A stretch of DNA of 64,000 bases from an uncultured Verrucomicrobiota bacterium (GTDB lineage Bacteria; Verrucomicrobiota; Verrucomicrobiia; Limisphaerales; J093): positions 19,679 through 83,678 of the forward strand of contig CAYNCT010000001.1 in NCBI GenBank assembly GCA_964396005.1. The letters are read 5' to 3'. The notes beneath the pieces were generated by a model. That model worked only from the letters and a program-made list of their open reading frames with translations, was not told the origin of the DNA and searched no databases. Positions 1 to 9,830 of the stretch are shown here, piece after piece (positions within the stretch are counted from its first letter, which is position 1; the number at the start of each line of letters is the position of its first letter). The position numbers and the translations under genes are program-made.

Positions 1-1155
1 CCCGAGGCGCCCGGACTGTTTCCGCAGCCGGCGGTCGCCTCCCCCACGCCGCTGTACCTGCTGGCGCGGATGGTGGAGGACGGCGATGTCCCCACCGCGG
101 CCGGCTCGGCGCGGAGCGCCCGGCCGCCGCGGGTTCGCATCGAGACGGCGGTGCTGACCAACCGCGGCAAGGCGGCCGTGCTGACCAGCTACGCGGTGGT
201 TTCGGTGCGGCGAAAGGATGCCCTGCTCGCCCGGCTCCGGTCGGTTCCGTTCAGCCCGCCCCGACTCGAGCGGCTGGGGCGCGGGCTGTTCAAGCTGGTT
301 TGCGACGCCGGATTGCAGGCAGCGCTGGACCAGGGCCCGGGCGCCTTCCGCGACACCCCGCTTGTTGTGGTGCATGATGCCGTGGCGGCGCAGTTGCCCT
401 GGGAGACGCTGCGGGTGGCCGACTGGGCGCCCGCGCTGGCAGGCGGGCTCACGCGCCAGCACCTCGACGCCAACCTCTCGGTCGCGAAGTGGCTCGAGGA
501 GCGCGCGGCGGACGAGCACCTGGAGGTCCTGCTGGTGACGAATCCGACGGGCGATCTGTTGGGCAGCGAGCGCGAGGGGCTGGTGCTGCAGGCGCTGCTC
601 CAAACCATTCCCCACGTCCGCGTCACCACCCGGCGCCGCGCCGAGGCCACGAAAGCCCAACTGCTGGCGGACTTCCGCAGCGGGCGATTCGACGTGATTC
701 ACTACGCCGGCCACGCTTTCTTTTCGCCCCAGCATCCCGGACGTTCCGGGCTTATGTGCTCCGGCCGGGAGATTCTCGCCGGAACCGACCTGGCCGGGCT
801 GGGCAACCTGCCCGCCCTGATTTTCTTCAACGCTTGCGAAAGCGGCCGGCTCGGTGGACGCGGCCGGCTGGGCAGCCGCCCGACGGTGCGCCGGCCGGGC
901 CGAAACAATCTCAGCGTGGCCGCGGCCTTCATCCGCGGCGGCGTGGCCAATTTTCTCGGCACCTACTGGCCCGTGGGCGATCGGGAGGCACAGCGGTTTG
1001 CCGAGGCGTTCTATCCCTTGCTGGTACAGGGCGCCACGATCGGCGAAGCCGTGCTGGCCGGGCGGCGCGCCCTCGAAGCCGCAGGCTCGGTGGACTGGGC
1101 GGGCTACCTCCTCTACGGCAACCCGGGGTTCACGCTCAAGCGGCGCCCGACCTGA
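1..1155 (+). CDS. CHAT domain-containing protein (caspase-like peptidase fold), 5' end outside the window
   Basis: Frame 1 is open from base 1, with no stop before the listed ATG at 70, so the gene is truncated by the window edge. The C-terminal half shows the CHAT His/Cys context 'DVIHYAGHAFF' and 'LIFFNACESG'. Confidence 0.8.
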   Translation, partial: PEAPGLFPQPAVASPTPLYLLARMVEDGDVPTAAGSARSARPPRVRIETAVLTNRGKAAVLTSYAVVSVRRKDALLARLRSVPFSPPRLERLGRGLFKLVCDAGLQAALDQGPGAFRDTPLVVVHDAVAAQLPWETLRVADWAPALAGGLTRQHLDANLSVAKWLEERAADEHLEVLLVTNPTGDLLGSEREGLVLQALLQTIPHVRVTTRRRAEATKAQLLADFRSGRFDVIHYAGHAFFSPQHPGRSGLMCSGREILAGTDLAGLGNLPALIFFNACESGRLGGRGRLGSRPTVRRPGRNNLSVAAAFIRGGVANFLGTYWPVGDREAQRFAEAFYPLLVQGATIGEAVLAGRRALEAAGSVDWAGYLLYGNPGFTLKRRPT

Positions 1156-1671
1156 TCTCGATCGCTGTTCGTTCTACCAAAAGACGGACCGCGTTCCGGA
1201 CGCCGTCGCTTCGCGAGAATTCTCTTCCGCCCCGGGGACGATGTGGGCGGGGCCGAACCGACGAGACCGCAAGCGCGACCGGCCGCCGGGCGAATGGTTC
1301 GCGTCGAACGGGGCCGTTGCGCCCACGATGAAAACCCGGTTGGGAAGTTGATTCCGGACGTTTTACTGTTACCCGAAACTTTAGCCTGCCGCACGGGAAT
1401 CCAATTCTGGGTCAAGTTCGAGGCCAGTTAAGTTCACCCGCAAGGGGAGAGTTGACCTGGTGCTCTGCGAGCCAGCGACCGCTCGCCGCTGTCGGCTTCA
1501 AGGCTGAACGATCAGAACCTCGATTCGTCTGGATTTCGCCGGTTTTTGCGGGGATTTCAGGTTTCGTGCCGAAACCCTCGCCAAGGATTGTGCCTGTCAC
1601 CAAGCTGTCACTTGACCATGCCTGCCGCCTACGTTAAACCTGTTTCTCAGTTGTAGTTTAACTAACGAGCC

Positions 1672-2589
1672 ATGAGCATGATCATGCACCCGGCAGGCCG
1701 CCCGGGCCGGTACCTTTCCGGCGGCATCCTCGTCCTTGGTCTGGTTTGTCCGGCGGCCTTCGGCCAGTTGGCGCTCTATGAGAGCTTCCACTCGGCCGTC
1801 TGGCACCAAACCACGGCATCCCCTTCGTTTGACCGCAGTAACGCCGGACACTATTTCGCCGCGCGGATCACCGTGACCGACCCTGCCGACGCCACCGAAG
1901 CCACAATGAAGGTCGGTTCATCGGTGGTCACGTTGACGCCGGTCCCCGGCTCTGAGCAGCAGTTGCTCGGATACAGCAGCTTCTACGGCCCCGGGAATCA
2001 CGCGACCTTCGACGCCAATTTCCCGCCCGGAGCCAGCTACGATTACGAAATCACCTCGGGAAGCCTGACGGGCGAAAAGGGCACGATCGTCCAACCTGAC
2101 CCGCTGCCCTGGCCCGATACGGTGCCGGTCTTCGCCGACTTCGATAACTTGATTTCACCGGGCGTGGACGTGAACAATGCCACCTTTTCGTGGGGTGGTT
2201 GGACTGCCGCCCCGAGTTACCCATCCTCGATTTTCTTTCAAATTTGGGATGGCCCCAATTCCCTTTGGATCGTCGCGCTGCCGACCACCGACACGAGCTA
2301 CACGGTGCCGCCCGGAGTGCTGACGGCCGGCTCGATGTACCAAGCCGAGTTAGTCTTCAGTTCGCGGCTGGATTCAGGTCTCGGCAGTTGGCAGGACGCG
2401 GGCCTGGTTGAAGGGCTCGCCGGCTACGACTTTAAGACCACGGTTGATTTCATGGCGGTTCCTGAACCGGCGACCTTTGCCGTGGTGGGCGGATCGGGCT
2501 TGGTCGGCTTTGCGCTGTGGCGAAAGCGGGCAACGCGGTCCCGGGGCCGGCTGGCGGGCGGCGCTTGCGGTGACCGCCCGGTCGCTTGA
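1672..2589 (+). CDS. PEP-CTERM sorting domain-containing secreted protein
   Basis: N-terminal hydrophobic signal-like segment 'GGILVLGLVCPAAFG'. Near the C-terminus, 'VPEPATFAVVGGSGLVGFALWRKR' gives the PEP motif, a TM helix and a basic cluster. Confidence 0.75.
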   Translation: MSMIMHPAGRPGRYLSGGILVLGLVCPAAFGQLALYESFHSAVWHQTTASPSFDRSNAGHYFAARITVTDPADATEATMKVGSSVVTLTPVPGSEQQLLGYSSFYGPGNHATFDANFPPGASYDYEITSGSLTGEKGTIVQPDPLPWPDTVPVFADFDNLISPGVDVNNATFSWGGWTAAPSYPSSIFFQIWDGPNSLWIVALPTTDTSYTVPPGVLTAGSMYQAELVFSSRLDSGLGSWQDAGLVEGLAGYDFKTTVDFMAVPEPATFAVVGGSGLVGFALWRKRATRSRGRLAGGACGDRPVA

Positions 2590-2749
2590 GCCGGTTTGAA
2601 CTCCACGCGCGGGCCCGCGTTCCGCGGGTGTCACTGGCTCTGGGTCGCTCTCGCCGGTCGTTGCCCGCAGGCGCTGTAAGTAGGACTTCGGCCGCAGCCG
2701 CCCGCTGATTTCGCTTCTGCCCGGGAGCGGCGCGCAACATCCTCCCGGC

Positions 2750-4150
2750 ATGTCCATCAGGCTGAGATTTCTGGGCGCGGCTGGCGGGGTCACCGGTTCC
2801 GCGTACCTCGTGGAGACGGAGCGGGCGCGGGTTTTGGTGGACTGCGGCCTGTTCCAGGGCGGCCACGAGGTCCACGAGGGTAACCAACTCCCGGCCGGGC
2901 TTGACGTGGCACAACTGGACGCCGTCCTGCTGACCCACGCGCATCTGGATCACACCGGCCGATTGCCGCTGCTGGCAACGGCGGGCTATCGCGGGCCGGT
3001 GTACTGCACGCCCGCCTCGATCGAAATGACCAGCCTGATCCTGCACGACTCCGCCCGCGTGCAGGCGCACGACCTCGTCCGCACCAACCGCCAGCGCGAG
3101 CGCGCGGGCGAACCTCCGCTGGCGCCGCTCTACGGCACGGCCGAGGTCGAGCGCATTCTCGGCCAGTTTCAGGGAGTCCCGTACGATGAACCGGTCGAGG
3201 TCGCCCCCGGCATCCGGGCGCGGTGGGTTGAGGCGGGGCATGTGCTCGGCTCGGCGAGCATCCAGCTCTGCGTCGCCAACGCCGGGCAAACCGTCCGGTT
3301 GGTGTTTTCCGGCGACCTCGGTCCCAAGGGCGCTCCCATCTTGAGAGACGCGGCGGGTTTTGACGCCGCCGATGTGGTGGTGCTCGAGTCCACCTACGGC
3401 GACCACGATCACCGGCCGTTCCTCGAGACGGTCGCCGAGTTCGAGCAGGCGGTGCTCGAGGCGGTGGCCCGGAAAAGCAAGATCCTCGTGCCCGCTTTCG
3501 CGGTGGGCCGCACGCAACTTCTCCTTTACCTCCTGGCGCAGATGTTCCGCCGCGGCATGGTGCCCAAGTTCCCGATTCACATCGACAGCCCCATGGCCAT
3601 CGAGGCGACGCGCATTTACGAGCGGCACCTCGACCTGTTCGACGAGGAGTTCCAGGCGCTCAACCGCGAACATCCGCTGCGGGAAGACCTCGACTCCGTG
3701 CGCGTCTCCGTCACCGCCGAGGACTCGAAGGCGCTCAATGACTGTCCCGGACCGTGCCTGATTATTGCCGGCGCGGGCATGGCCAACGCGGGCCGCATCC
3801 GCCATCACCTGCGGCAGAACCTCTGGCGCGAGGGCACCTGGGTGCTGATCGTGGGCTATCAGGCGGAAGGCACGCTCGGCCGGGCGCTCGTCGAGGGCGC
3901 GAAGCACGTGACCATCTTCGGCGAAAAGGTCATCGTCCGCGCGCGGGTGGCCACGCTCGGCGGCTTCAGCGCGCACGCCGGCCAGACGGATCTGCTGAAC
4001 TGGCTGGCGCCGATGGCGGGCGGCCTGCCGCGCGTCATCCTCACCCACGGGGAGGAACAGCCGCGTGCAACGCTGGCCGCGAAAATCCGGGACCGCTTTG
4101 GCCTCGCCTGCGAATTGCCGCAGCTCGGCGACGTCGCCCAGCTCCCGTAA
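2750..4150 (+). CDS. MBL-fold metallo-hydrolase, beta-CASP (RNA-metabolising, RNase J/CPSF-like) family
   Basis: 'VLVDCGLFQG' and the HxHxDH motif 'LLTHAHLDHTGRLP'. Downstream beta-CASP-like motifs 'VLESTYGD' and 'GFSAHAGQTDLL'. Length of 466 aa is typical. Confidence 0.85.
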   Translation: MSIRLRFLGAAGGVTGSAYLVETERARVLVDCGLFQGGHEVHEGNQLPAGLDVAQLDAVLLTHAHLDHTGRLPLLATAGYRGPVYCTPASIEMTSLILHDSARVQAHDLVRTNRQRERAGEPPLAPLYGTAEVERILGQFQGVPYDEPVEVAPGIRARWVEAGHVLGSASIQLCVANAGQTVRLVFSGDLGPKGAPILRDAAGFDAADVVVLESTYGDHDHRPFLETVAEFEQAVLEAVARKSKILVPAFAVGRTQLLLYLLAQMFRRGMVPKFPIHIDSPMAIEATRIYERHLDLFDEEFQALNREHPLREDLDSVRVSVTAEDSKALNDCPGPCLIIAGAGMANAGRIRHHLRQNLWREGTWVLIVGYQAEGTLGRALVEGAKHVTIFGEKVIVRARVATLGGFSAHAGQTDLLNWLAPMAGGLPRVILTHGEEQPRATLAAKIRDRFGLACELPQLGDVAQLP

Positions 4151-4281
4151 GACGCCGGTTGATCCCGTCGCCGGGATGCACGCGCCGGCGCCCCGGGCAG
4201 GCTAATCCGCGCTGGCCGCAGGCCCTCGCCGGGCGTACTGTTTGCCCACTGACACCACGCGTCCGAACCAGTTTGCGAGCC

Positions 4282-5445
4282 ATGAAAGCTGCGACAGCCA
4301 ACCCCGACGCTCCGGCCGCCGGCCAGGATTCCCTGGCGGCGGCGTTGGATCGCCGGACGGTGCCCGGCCAGTTGTGGCGGGCCGAGGGCGAGTTCATCCG
4401 CTGCCTGGCGTGCGGCCACCGCTGTCGGCTGGCCGAGGGCCGGCGCGGCATCTGCAAGGTGCGGTTTAACGCGGCCGGCGTGTTGCGGGTGCCGTTCGGT
4501 TACGCGGCCGGCGTGGCGTGCGACCCGATCGAGAAAAAGCCGTTCTTCCATGTCCTCCCCGGCGGCGCGGCGCTGACGTTCGGCACGTTGGGCTGCGATT
4601 TTCACTGCGCCTACTGCCAGAACTGGCTGACCAGCCAGGTGCTCCGCGACCGCGCCGCGGTGGCACGGTTTCACTCCGCGACCCCGGAGCAGCTCGTGGC
4701 CGCGGCGCAGCGGCACGGCGCCCGAATGCTCGTCTCGAGTTACAACGAGCCGCTGATCACGGCGGAATGGGCGGCGGCGGTCTTCGCGCGCGCGAAGCCG
4801 GCGGGCTTGCGGTGCGGCTTTGTCTCGAACGGCAACGGCACCCCCGAGGCGCTCGACTTCCTGGCGCCGTGGCTCGACGCCTGCAAGGTGGATTTGAAGT
4901 GCTTCTCGGAGGCCGGCTATCGCGCGCTCGGCGGCCGGCTCGAACCGGTGAAGGAAACCATTCGCGCCCTGCACCAGCGCGGCATCTGGGTGGAGGTGGT
5001 GACGTTGTTGGTCCCTGGCTTCAACGATGACGATCAGGAACTGACGGCGCTCACGGAATTCATCGCTTCCGTGAGTCCGGACCTTCCGTGGCACGTGACC
5101 GCGTTTCACCCGGACTACCAGATGACCGGGCCACGGCCCACGCAAGCCAGCGACCTGCTGCGCGCGGTCGAGTTCGGCGTCGAAGCCGGGTTGCGCTTCG
5201 TGTATGCCGGCAACCTGCCCGGCCGGGTGGTGCCGTGGGAAGACACCCGGTGCCCGCAGTGCGGGGAGACGCTGATCGCACGCCGCGGCTTCCAGGTGGA
5301 CGCCGATCATCTGAGCGACAGTGGCGCGTGCTTTCGTTGCGGCTGCGTCATTCCGGGCATTTGGAAGCCATGGGCACCCGCGGGGATATTGGCCGCAGAA
5401 CCGAGCACTCCGGCCGCGCAGGCCGCCCCAGAGGACCGGGCATGA
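4282..5445 (+). CDS. amrS: AmmeMemoRadiSam system radical SAM enzyme
   Basis: Radical-SAM CxxxCxxC 'CDFHCAYCQN', N-terminal Cys cluster 'CLACGHRCRLAEGRRGICKVR' and C-terminal 'CPQCGE...CFRCGC'. I chose the ATG at 4282 because the upstream 176 codons of ORF 3754..5445 overlap the MBL gene and look like junk. Confidence 0.85.
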   Translation: MKAATANPDAPAAGQDSLAAALDRRTVPGQLWRAEGEFIRCLACGHRCRLAEGRRGICKVRFNAAGVLRVPFGYAAGVACDPIEKKPFFHVLPGGAALTFGTLGCDFHCAYCQNWLTSQVLRDRAAVARFHSATPEQLVAAAQRHGARMLVSSYNEPLITAEWAAAVFARAKPAGLRCGFVSNGNGTPEALDFLAPWLDACKVDLKCFSEAGYRALGGRLEPVKETIRALHQRGIWVEVVTLLVPGFNDDDQELTALTEFIASVSPDLPWHVTAFHPDYQMTGPRPTQASDLLRAVEFGVEAGLRFVYAGNLPGRVVPWEDTRCPQCGETLIARRGFQVDADHLSDSGACFRCGCVIPGIWKPWAPAGILAAEPSTPAAQAAPEDRA

Positions 5446-6272
5446 AAACCACGGTCCTTACCCCGCACGGGCCACCGGCGGCGACCGACTTCACCCGGCC
5501 CGCGGCCCAGGCCGGCCGCTTTTATCCCGGCGACCCGGAAGAGTTGCGCTGCGACATCGCGGGCTTCCTGCGCGTCGCGGGGATGGCGCCCGACCCGGTG
5601 CCGAAGGCCCTGATCGCCCCGCACGCCGGTTTTCTGTACTCGGGGCCGGTCGCCGGCGCCGCCTACGCCCGCCTCGGCGGTGCCCGGGCCGCGATTCGCC
5701 GCGTGGCGCTGCTCGGTCCGGCGCACTATGCGGAAGTGTCCGGACTCGCCGTGAGCGGCGCAGCCGCGTTCGCCACGCCGCTGGGGCGCGTGCCGGTTGA
5801 GCGCCAAACCGTGAACCGGCTGCGGGAGCTGCCCATCGTGAAGGTGGACGATCGGGCGCACGCGCCGGAACATGCGCTGGAGGTGCAACTGCCTTTCCTG
5901 CAGACGGTGCTGGACGACTTCGCCATCGTGCCGCTGCTGGTGGGCCGGGCGGACGACGCGCACGTTGCCGCGGCGATCGAAGCCGTCGGCGAAGGACCGG
6001 ATGTTTTGATCGTCGTCAGTTCGGACCTGAGCCACTTCCACGATTATCACACGGCGCGCGAGCTCGACGCCCGCACGGCAGACTGCATCACGGCGCTCCG
6101 GGGTGACGAGCTGGATGACGAGGACGCCTGCGGCTACCGAGCGATCCGCGGTCTGCTGCGGGTGGCACGCGCGCGCGGCTGGCGGTGTCGCCAGCTCGAT
6201 TTGAGAAACGCCGGAGACACGGCCGGCCCGCGCCACCGGGTGGTGGGTTACGGCGCGTTCGCGTTCGCTTGA
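5442..6272 (+). CDS. amrB: AmmeMemoRadiSam system protein B (Memo-like)
   Basis: 'GRFYPGDPEEL', 'LIAPHAGFLYSG' and 'HALEVQLPFLQ' are Memo-family strings. The ATG at 5442 overlaps the amrS stop (ATGA), implying translational coupling. Confidence 0.85.
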   Translation: MKTTVLTPHGPPAATDFTRPAAQAGRFYPGDPEELRCDIAGFLRVAGMAPDPVPKALIAPHAGFLYSGPVAGAAYARLGGARAAIRRVALLGPAHYAEVSGLAVSGAAAFATPLGRVPVERQTVNRLRELPIVKVDDRAHAPEHALEVQLPFLQTVLDDFAIVPLLVGRADDAHVAAAIEAVGEGPDVLIVVSSDLSHFHDYHTARELDARTADCITALRGDELDDEDACGYRAIRGLLRVARARGWRCRQLDLRNAGDTAGPRHRVVGYGAFAFA

Positions 6273-6410
6273 ACCCGGCCGTCTCCGGGCAGCCCGCGGG
6301 CCCGCGGAATCAAATGAAAGTCGCTGGCGGGCGGCGTGTCCGCGCGGCGAATCCATCCCGGAGGCGAGTGGCGGGGCGGCGCGCACGGAGCCGGATACGG
6401 GATTCGCCCG

Positions 6411-6449
6411 CCCAAAACAAAAAGCCGCCCGACTCGAAAGCCGGGCGGC
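6411..6449 (-). terminator. Rho-independent terminator downstream of the DUF1559 prepilin-like gene
   Basis: The minus strand reads GCCGCCCGGCT-TTCG-AGTCGGGCGGC (about 11-bp stem, UUCG loop) followed by TTTTTGTTTT. Confidence 0.75.
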
Positions 6450-6471
6450 GGGGCAAAAACCAACGGGCGGA

Positions 6472-7350
6472 TCAGCGGATCAGCAGGGCCGACGTGCGCT
6501 CGGAAATCCACTTCCAATCCACCGGGTTCTTCGGGCTAACCCGAGCCGGCCCAGATTTCGGAACGATGGTCTGGCCATCCTTCCACTTACGGATCTCGGA
6601 GTGTCCGTCCGCGAAAGCAAACCCGCCGGCCATGTTGTGGTAGGTGGCCGGCCAGTCAATCCACTCGGCTCGCTCCATGCCCACGGCGAAACCGGCGTCG
6701 TTGATGCTCTTGTTGTCCTCGTCGAGGATCACCCACGTCTGAGAGGGACCCGGCTCGGTAAAGTCGGTGTTCTTGCCGTAGGTCATCCACCTGCGGCCCA
6801 GCGTGTGGCCATGGTTGTTATCCAGCCACGGACCGTCCACCGCCACGCGCCCACCGCGGGAGGGATTGGTGCCCACGGCCTGGCTCATGGCCACGCTGCG
6901 CGCGGCCGGAACCTTGGTGCCAATCAAAGCGGGATCCCTACCCTGATACTTCCCGACGCGCTTGTCAGCCGGGCACTTGTAGAGCGCCACGGTGGCGCCG
7001 GTGTACGGAGCCAGCAGGGCGTTACTCGCGTTTTTCAGAATGTCCGTGTTGAACTCTTGGAGTCCGCCCGGCCCCCCCTGACCACCGCACCAGTTGTAAA
7101 AGGGCGTGACGTTGCCGTCGTCCGGATTGGGGGGCAGGAATTCGTTGTAGTCACCCGTGTACAGCACCAGGGCTTTGATCAACTGGTTGCCATTGTTCAT
7201 GCACATGATGCCCTGGGCCTTGGTTTTCGCCTTCGACAGCGCGGGCAGGAGCATCCCCGCCAAAATCGCGATGATGGCGATGACGACCAGCAGCTCGATC
7301 AGCGTGAAGCCAGTCCGGCGGCCGGCGTTTGAGGAGTGAAGGACTTTCAT
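6472..7350 (-). CDS. Prepilin-type N-terminal cleavage/methylation domain protein (DUF1559 / H-X9-DG family)
   Basis: '[29 protein letters not shown]' prepilin-like N-terminus and C-terminal '[13 protein letters not shown]' H-X9-DG-type motif. Start moved to ATG 7350 (MKVLHSS...). Confidence 0.85.
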   Translation of the reverse strand: MKVLHSSNAGRRTGFTLIELLVVIAIIAILAGMLLPALSKAKTKAQGIMCMNNGNQLIKALVLYTGDYNEFLPPNPDDGNVTPFYNWCGGQGGPGGLQEFNTDILKNASNALLAPYTGATVALYKCPADKRVGKYQGRDPALIGTKVPAARSVAMSQAVGTNPSRGGRVAVDGPWLDNNHGHTLGRRWMTYGKNTDFTEPGPSQTWVILDEDNKSINDAGFAVGMERAEWIDWPATYHNMAGGFAFADGHSEIRKWKDGQTIVPKSGPARVSPKNPVDWKWISERTSALLIR

Positions 7351-7606
7351 AATGATCCAAGTGTTTCCGCAGTCAGTTCGGCTTTGGTAGTCGGACCTCG
7401 TGCGCTCGTCAACGAATAGTTGGCCGAAGAGCCAACGCGCCCAAATGTGCGTCTGGCGGCACATCGAATCGTGCTGGCGCCCGGCCGGAGTACGCGCAGG
7501 AATTGAAACAAATCAGCCCGCCGCCGGGTATCTCCCGTGGTCCGGGCCGCGCGGGCGGAAGGTCCTCCCGCCGGAACCTGGGGCAGCCACGAAACCGCCA
7601 CCGAAC

Positions 7607-7870
7607 ATGAACCTGAACCGCGAACTCGTCCGCCTCGCCAACGCTGAACGCCGCGTCAGCCTGGCCTACCTGCTCCTCTTTGCCTGCGCCGCCGTCATGG
7701 TGGGCAATCTGCTCCGCGAGGCGTTTCACCTGCGGGCCAGGGCGTCGGCGGTGGCCGCGGCGTTCTCCGCCCGCGCGGACCGGCTTGCCGCCCGGACGGG
7801 CCCACCCGCGCCGGCCACCAATCTGACGGTTGCTCCGGCGGTTCCGGCACAACCTGGCGGCCGGTCCTGA
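7607..7870 (+). CDS. Small hypothetical membrane protein
   Basis: 87 codons starting 'MNLNRELV', with one hydrophobic helix 'LAYLLLFACAAVMVGNLL'. Third codon positions are strongly G/C in this frame. No recognisable family. Confidence 0.4.
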   Translation: MNLNRELVRLANAERRVSLAYLLLFACAAVMVGNLLREAFHLRARASAVAAAFSARADRLAARTGPPAPATNLTVAPAVPAQPGGRS

Positions 7871-8091
7871 CCCGGGCTGGCGAGTGAACACCGCCGCGCC
7901 GCCGGCAATTTGGGCGAAACCTTTCCCGGTCCTTGTCGGTCAAAGGGAACGTTCGCCGACCGGTCCGGTTGAATTGGCCGGGCTGAGAAGCCGTCCGCAC
8001 GCTGGCTCCGGGGCGGTTGGCCCGGGTCAACCCGGACTTCTGGGCCAGACCGTTTGACGAAGCCAACCGAATCACGCAGTCTCCCGCACAC

Positions 8092-9606
8092 ATGCAAGTG
8101 ACGCGCAGTCTTCTGGCCGCCTGGATCGCCGTGGCGGCCCTCCCGTTGACCGGCGAAGAACCCCGCACCCGTCAGATGTCGCTGGAGGACTGCATCCAGC
8201 TTGCCCTCCAGCACAATCTGGACATCCAGGTGGTGCGCCGGGAGCCGACCATCGCCGAGTTGAACCTGAGCCTCGCCTACGCCGGCTATGACCCCGTGTT
8301 CAACGCCGGCTACAACCATTTCTTCAATCAGAACCCGGGCTCGTTCAATCCGAACATCAACCTGTTCATCCCGGGCTCCCAGACCGAGGGCGACGCCGTG
8401 AACCTCGGACTGAACGGTCTGCTGCCCACCGGCCTGAGCTACTCTTTAACCGGGCAGTCGGCGGAGAGCGAGGGCAGCCAGCGGACCGTTTTTGGCGGCA
8501 CCGTGGTGGATGTGCCCTTCCAAAACGCGAACAGCAGCGCGGCGATTCAAATGCGCCAGCCGTTGCTCAAAAACTTCTGGATTGATGGCACGCGGCTGAA
8601 CATCACGCTCTCGCGGAAGAATCTGAAGATCTCGGATCTGGCGGTCCGGCGGCAGATCATGGCCACGGTGGCCGCCGTCGAGCAGGCTTACTACCAGTTG
8701 ATCGCGGCGATTGACTCGGTGAACGTGCAGCGCGCCGCCCTGCAATTGGCCGAGAAACTCCTCGCCGAGAACCGCAAGCGCGTCGAGGTGGGGGTCCTCG
8801 CTCCCCTGGATGAGAAGGAGGCGGAGTCGCAGGTCGCCGCCAGCCGCGCGGCGTTGCTGGGCGCGGAGAATTCGGTGACCACCAGCCAGAACGCGCTCAA
8901 ACAGCTCTTCACCAGCAACTACCTCGAGTGGCACGACGTGTTTCTTGAACCCACCGCGAAACTCTCCGCCGTCCCCCAGACCTTCAGTCGGCAGGACAGT
9001 TGGCAACGGGGGCTGAGCCTGCGGCCCGACCTGGAACAAGCCCGAATCGAGCTCGAGAAGAGCAACATTTCGCTGCGCTACACCAAAAACCAGTTGTTCC
9101 CGCAACTCGATGTGGTGGGCAGCTACGGCCAGTCCGGCGCGGGGAACACCTTCGGCGATTCCCTCCGCGGCACGGCGGACGCGGAAGGCAGCCGCTATGG
9201 CTACGGCGTGGAGTTGTCCATTCCGTTGAGCAACCGGGCGGCGCGGCAGCGGCACCGCATTGCCAAGGAGCAGATCGAGCAACAGGTGTTGCGCCTCAAG
9301 CAGCTCGAGCAGTCCATTTTGGTGGAGATTGACAACGCCATCGCCCAGGCGCGCACCAGCCTCCAGCAGGTCGAAGCCAGCCGGGCGGCGGTCGACTTTG
9401 CGGAGCAGGCCCTGGCGGCGGAACAAAAGAAACTCGAGAGCGGCAAGAGCACCAGCTTCCAGGTGCTGACACTTCAACGCACCCTGACCCTGCGCCGCTA
9501 CGAGTATTTGTCCGCCCTCACCGGCTACAATGTCGCGCTCGCGCGGCTCGCCCTCAGCGAAGGCAGTACGCTCGAGCGAAACAATATCACACTCGAAATT
9601 CGCTGA
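8092..9606 (+). CDS. TolC family outer-membrane efflux protein
   Basis: Signal peptide '[21 protein letters not shown]', '[16 protein letters not shown]' and a two-repeat coiled TolC-like sequence. Start moved to ATG 8092. Confidence 0.85.
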   Translation: MQVTRSLLAAWIAVAALPLTGEEPRTRQMSLEDCIQLALQHNLDIQVVRREPTIAELNLSLAYAGYDPVFNAGYNHFFNQNPGSFNPNINLFIPGSQTEGDAVNLGLNGLLPTGLSYSLTGQSAESEGSQRTVFGGTVVDVPFQNANSSAAIQMRQPLLKNFWIDGTRLNITLSRKNLKISDLAVRRQIMATVAAVEQAYYQLIAAIDSVNVQRAALQLAEKLLAENRKRVEVGVLAPLDEKEAESQVAASRAALLGAENSVTTSQNALKQLFTSNYLEWHDVFLEPTAKLSAVPQTFSRQDSWQRGLSLRPDLEQARIELEKSNISLRYTKNQLFPQLDVVGSYGQSGAGNTFGDSLRGTADAEGSRYGYGVELSIPLSNRAARQRHRIAKEQIEQQVLRLKQLEQSILVEIDNAIAQARTSLQQVEASRAAVDFAEQALAAEQKKLESGKSTSFQVLTLQRTLTLRRYEYLSALTGYNVALARLALSEGSTLERNNITLEIR

Positions 9607-9635
9607 CGCGCACCGCGCCCGCCGGCCCGGTGTTC

Positions 9636-9830
9636 AGCCGGAACGATTTCAGCGAGGGCAGGCTGGAAGGGGCCACTCGTCCGCCCTGTGGGGCGACCCG
9701 CCCGACGGTCGAGCGCACGAGGCTGCCACTGAAGCAGGTGCGGCTTCTGGGCGCACGGCTGGGCGGCAAGTTGCCGCCCAAAACGGCCAAGTTGGCCGGT
9801 CCACCCAGAACCTACGCCATCGGTCCGGCT
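9636..9830. repeat. 195-bp TIR-flanked intergenic repeat, copy A
   Basis: Aligns over its full length with copies at 14688..14867 and 46094..46288. Left end is AGCCGGAACGA and right end TCGGTCCGGCT, matching 10 of 11 bases as inverted repeats. Carries the conserved core GGCGGCAAGTTGCCGCC. Confidence 0.8.

Noticed and set aside
1612-1639. Sigma70-type promoter TTGACC-16 nt-TTAAAC upstream of the PEP-CTERM gene
   Set aside because: The -10 element is weak, and promoter consensus for this lineage is not established. The evidence is insufficient to list it as a feature.
3754-4281. 5' extension of the radical SAM ORF overlapping the MBL gene
   Set aside because: The translation is Arg/Gly/Pro-rich junk overlapping the 3' third of a well-supported gene. 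The family-typical N-terminus begins at ATG 4282.
9636-9830. The 195-bp repeat as a small protein-coding gene (conserved 'GGKLPP' / '[10 protein letters not shown]' translations)
   Set aside because: Both strands give conserved translations simply because the DNA is conserved. The products are Arg/Pro/Gly-rich without start or RBS context, and the copies abut or overlap stop codons of neighbouring genes. The terminal inverted repeats fit a non-coding mobile or structured element better. The 15-bp (in-frame) deletion in copy B is noted but is insufficient evidence.
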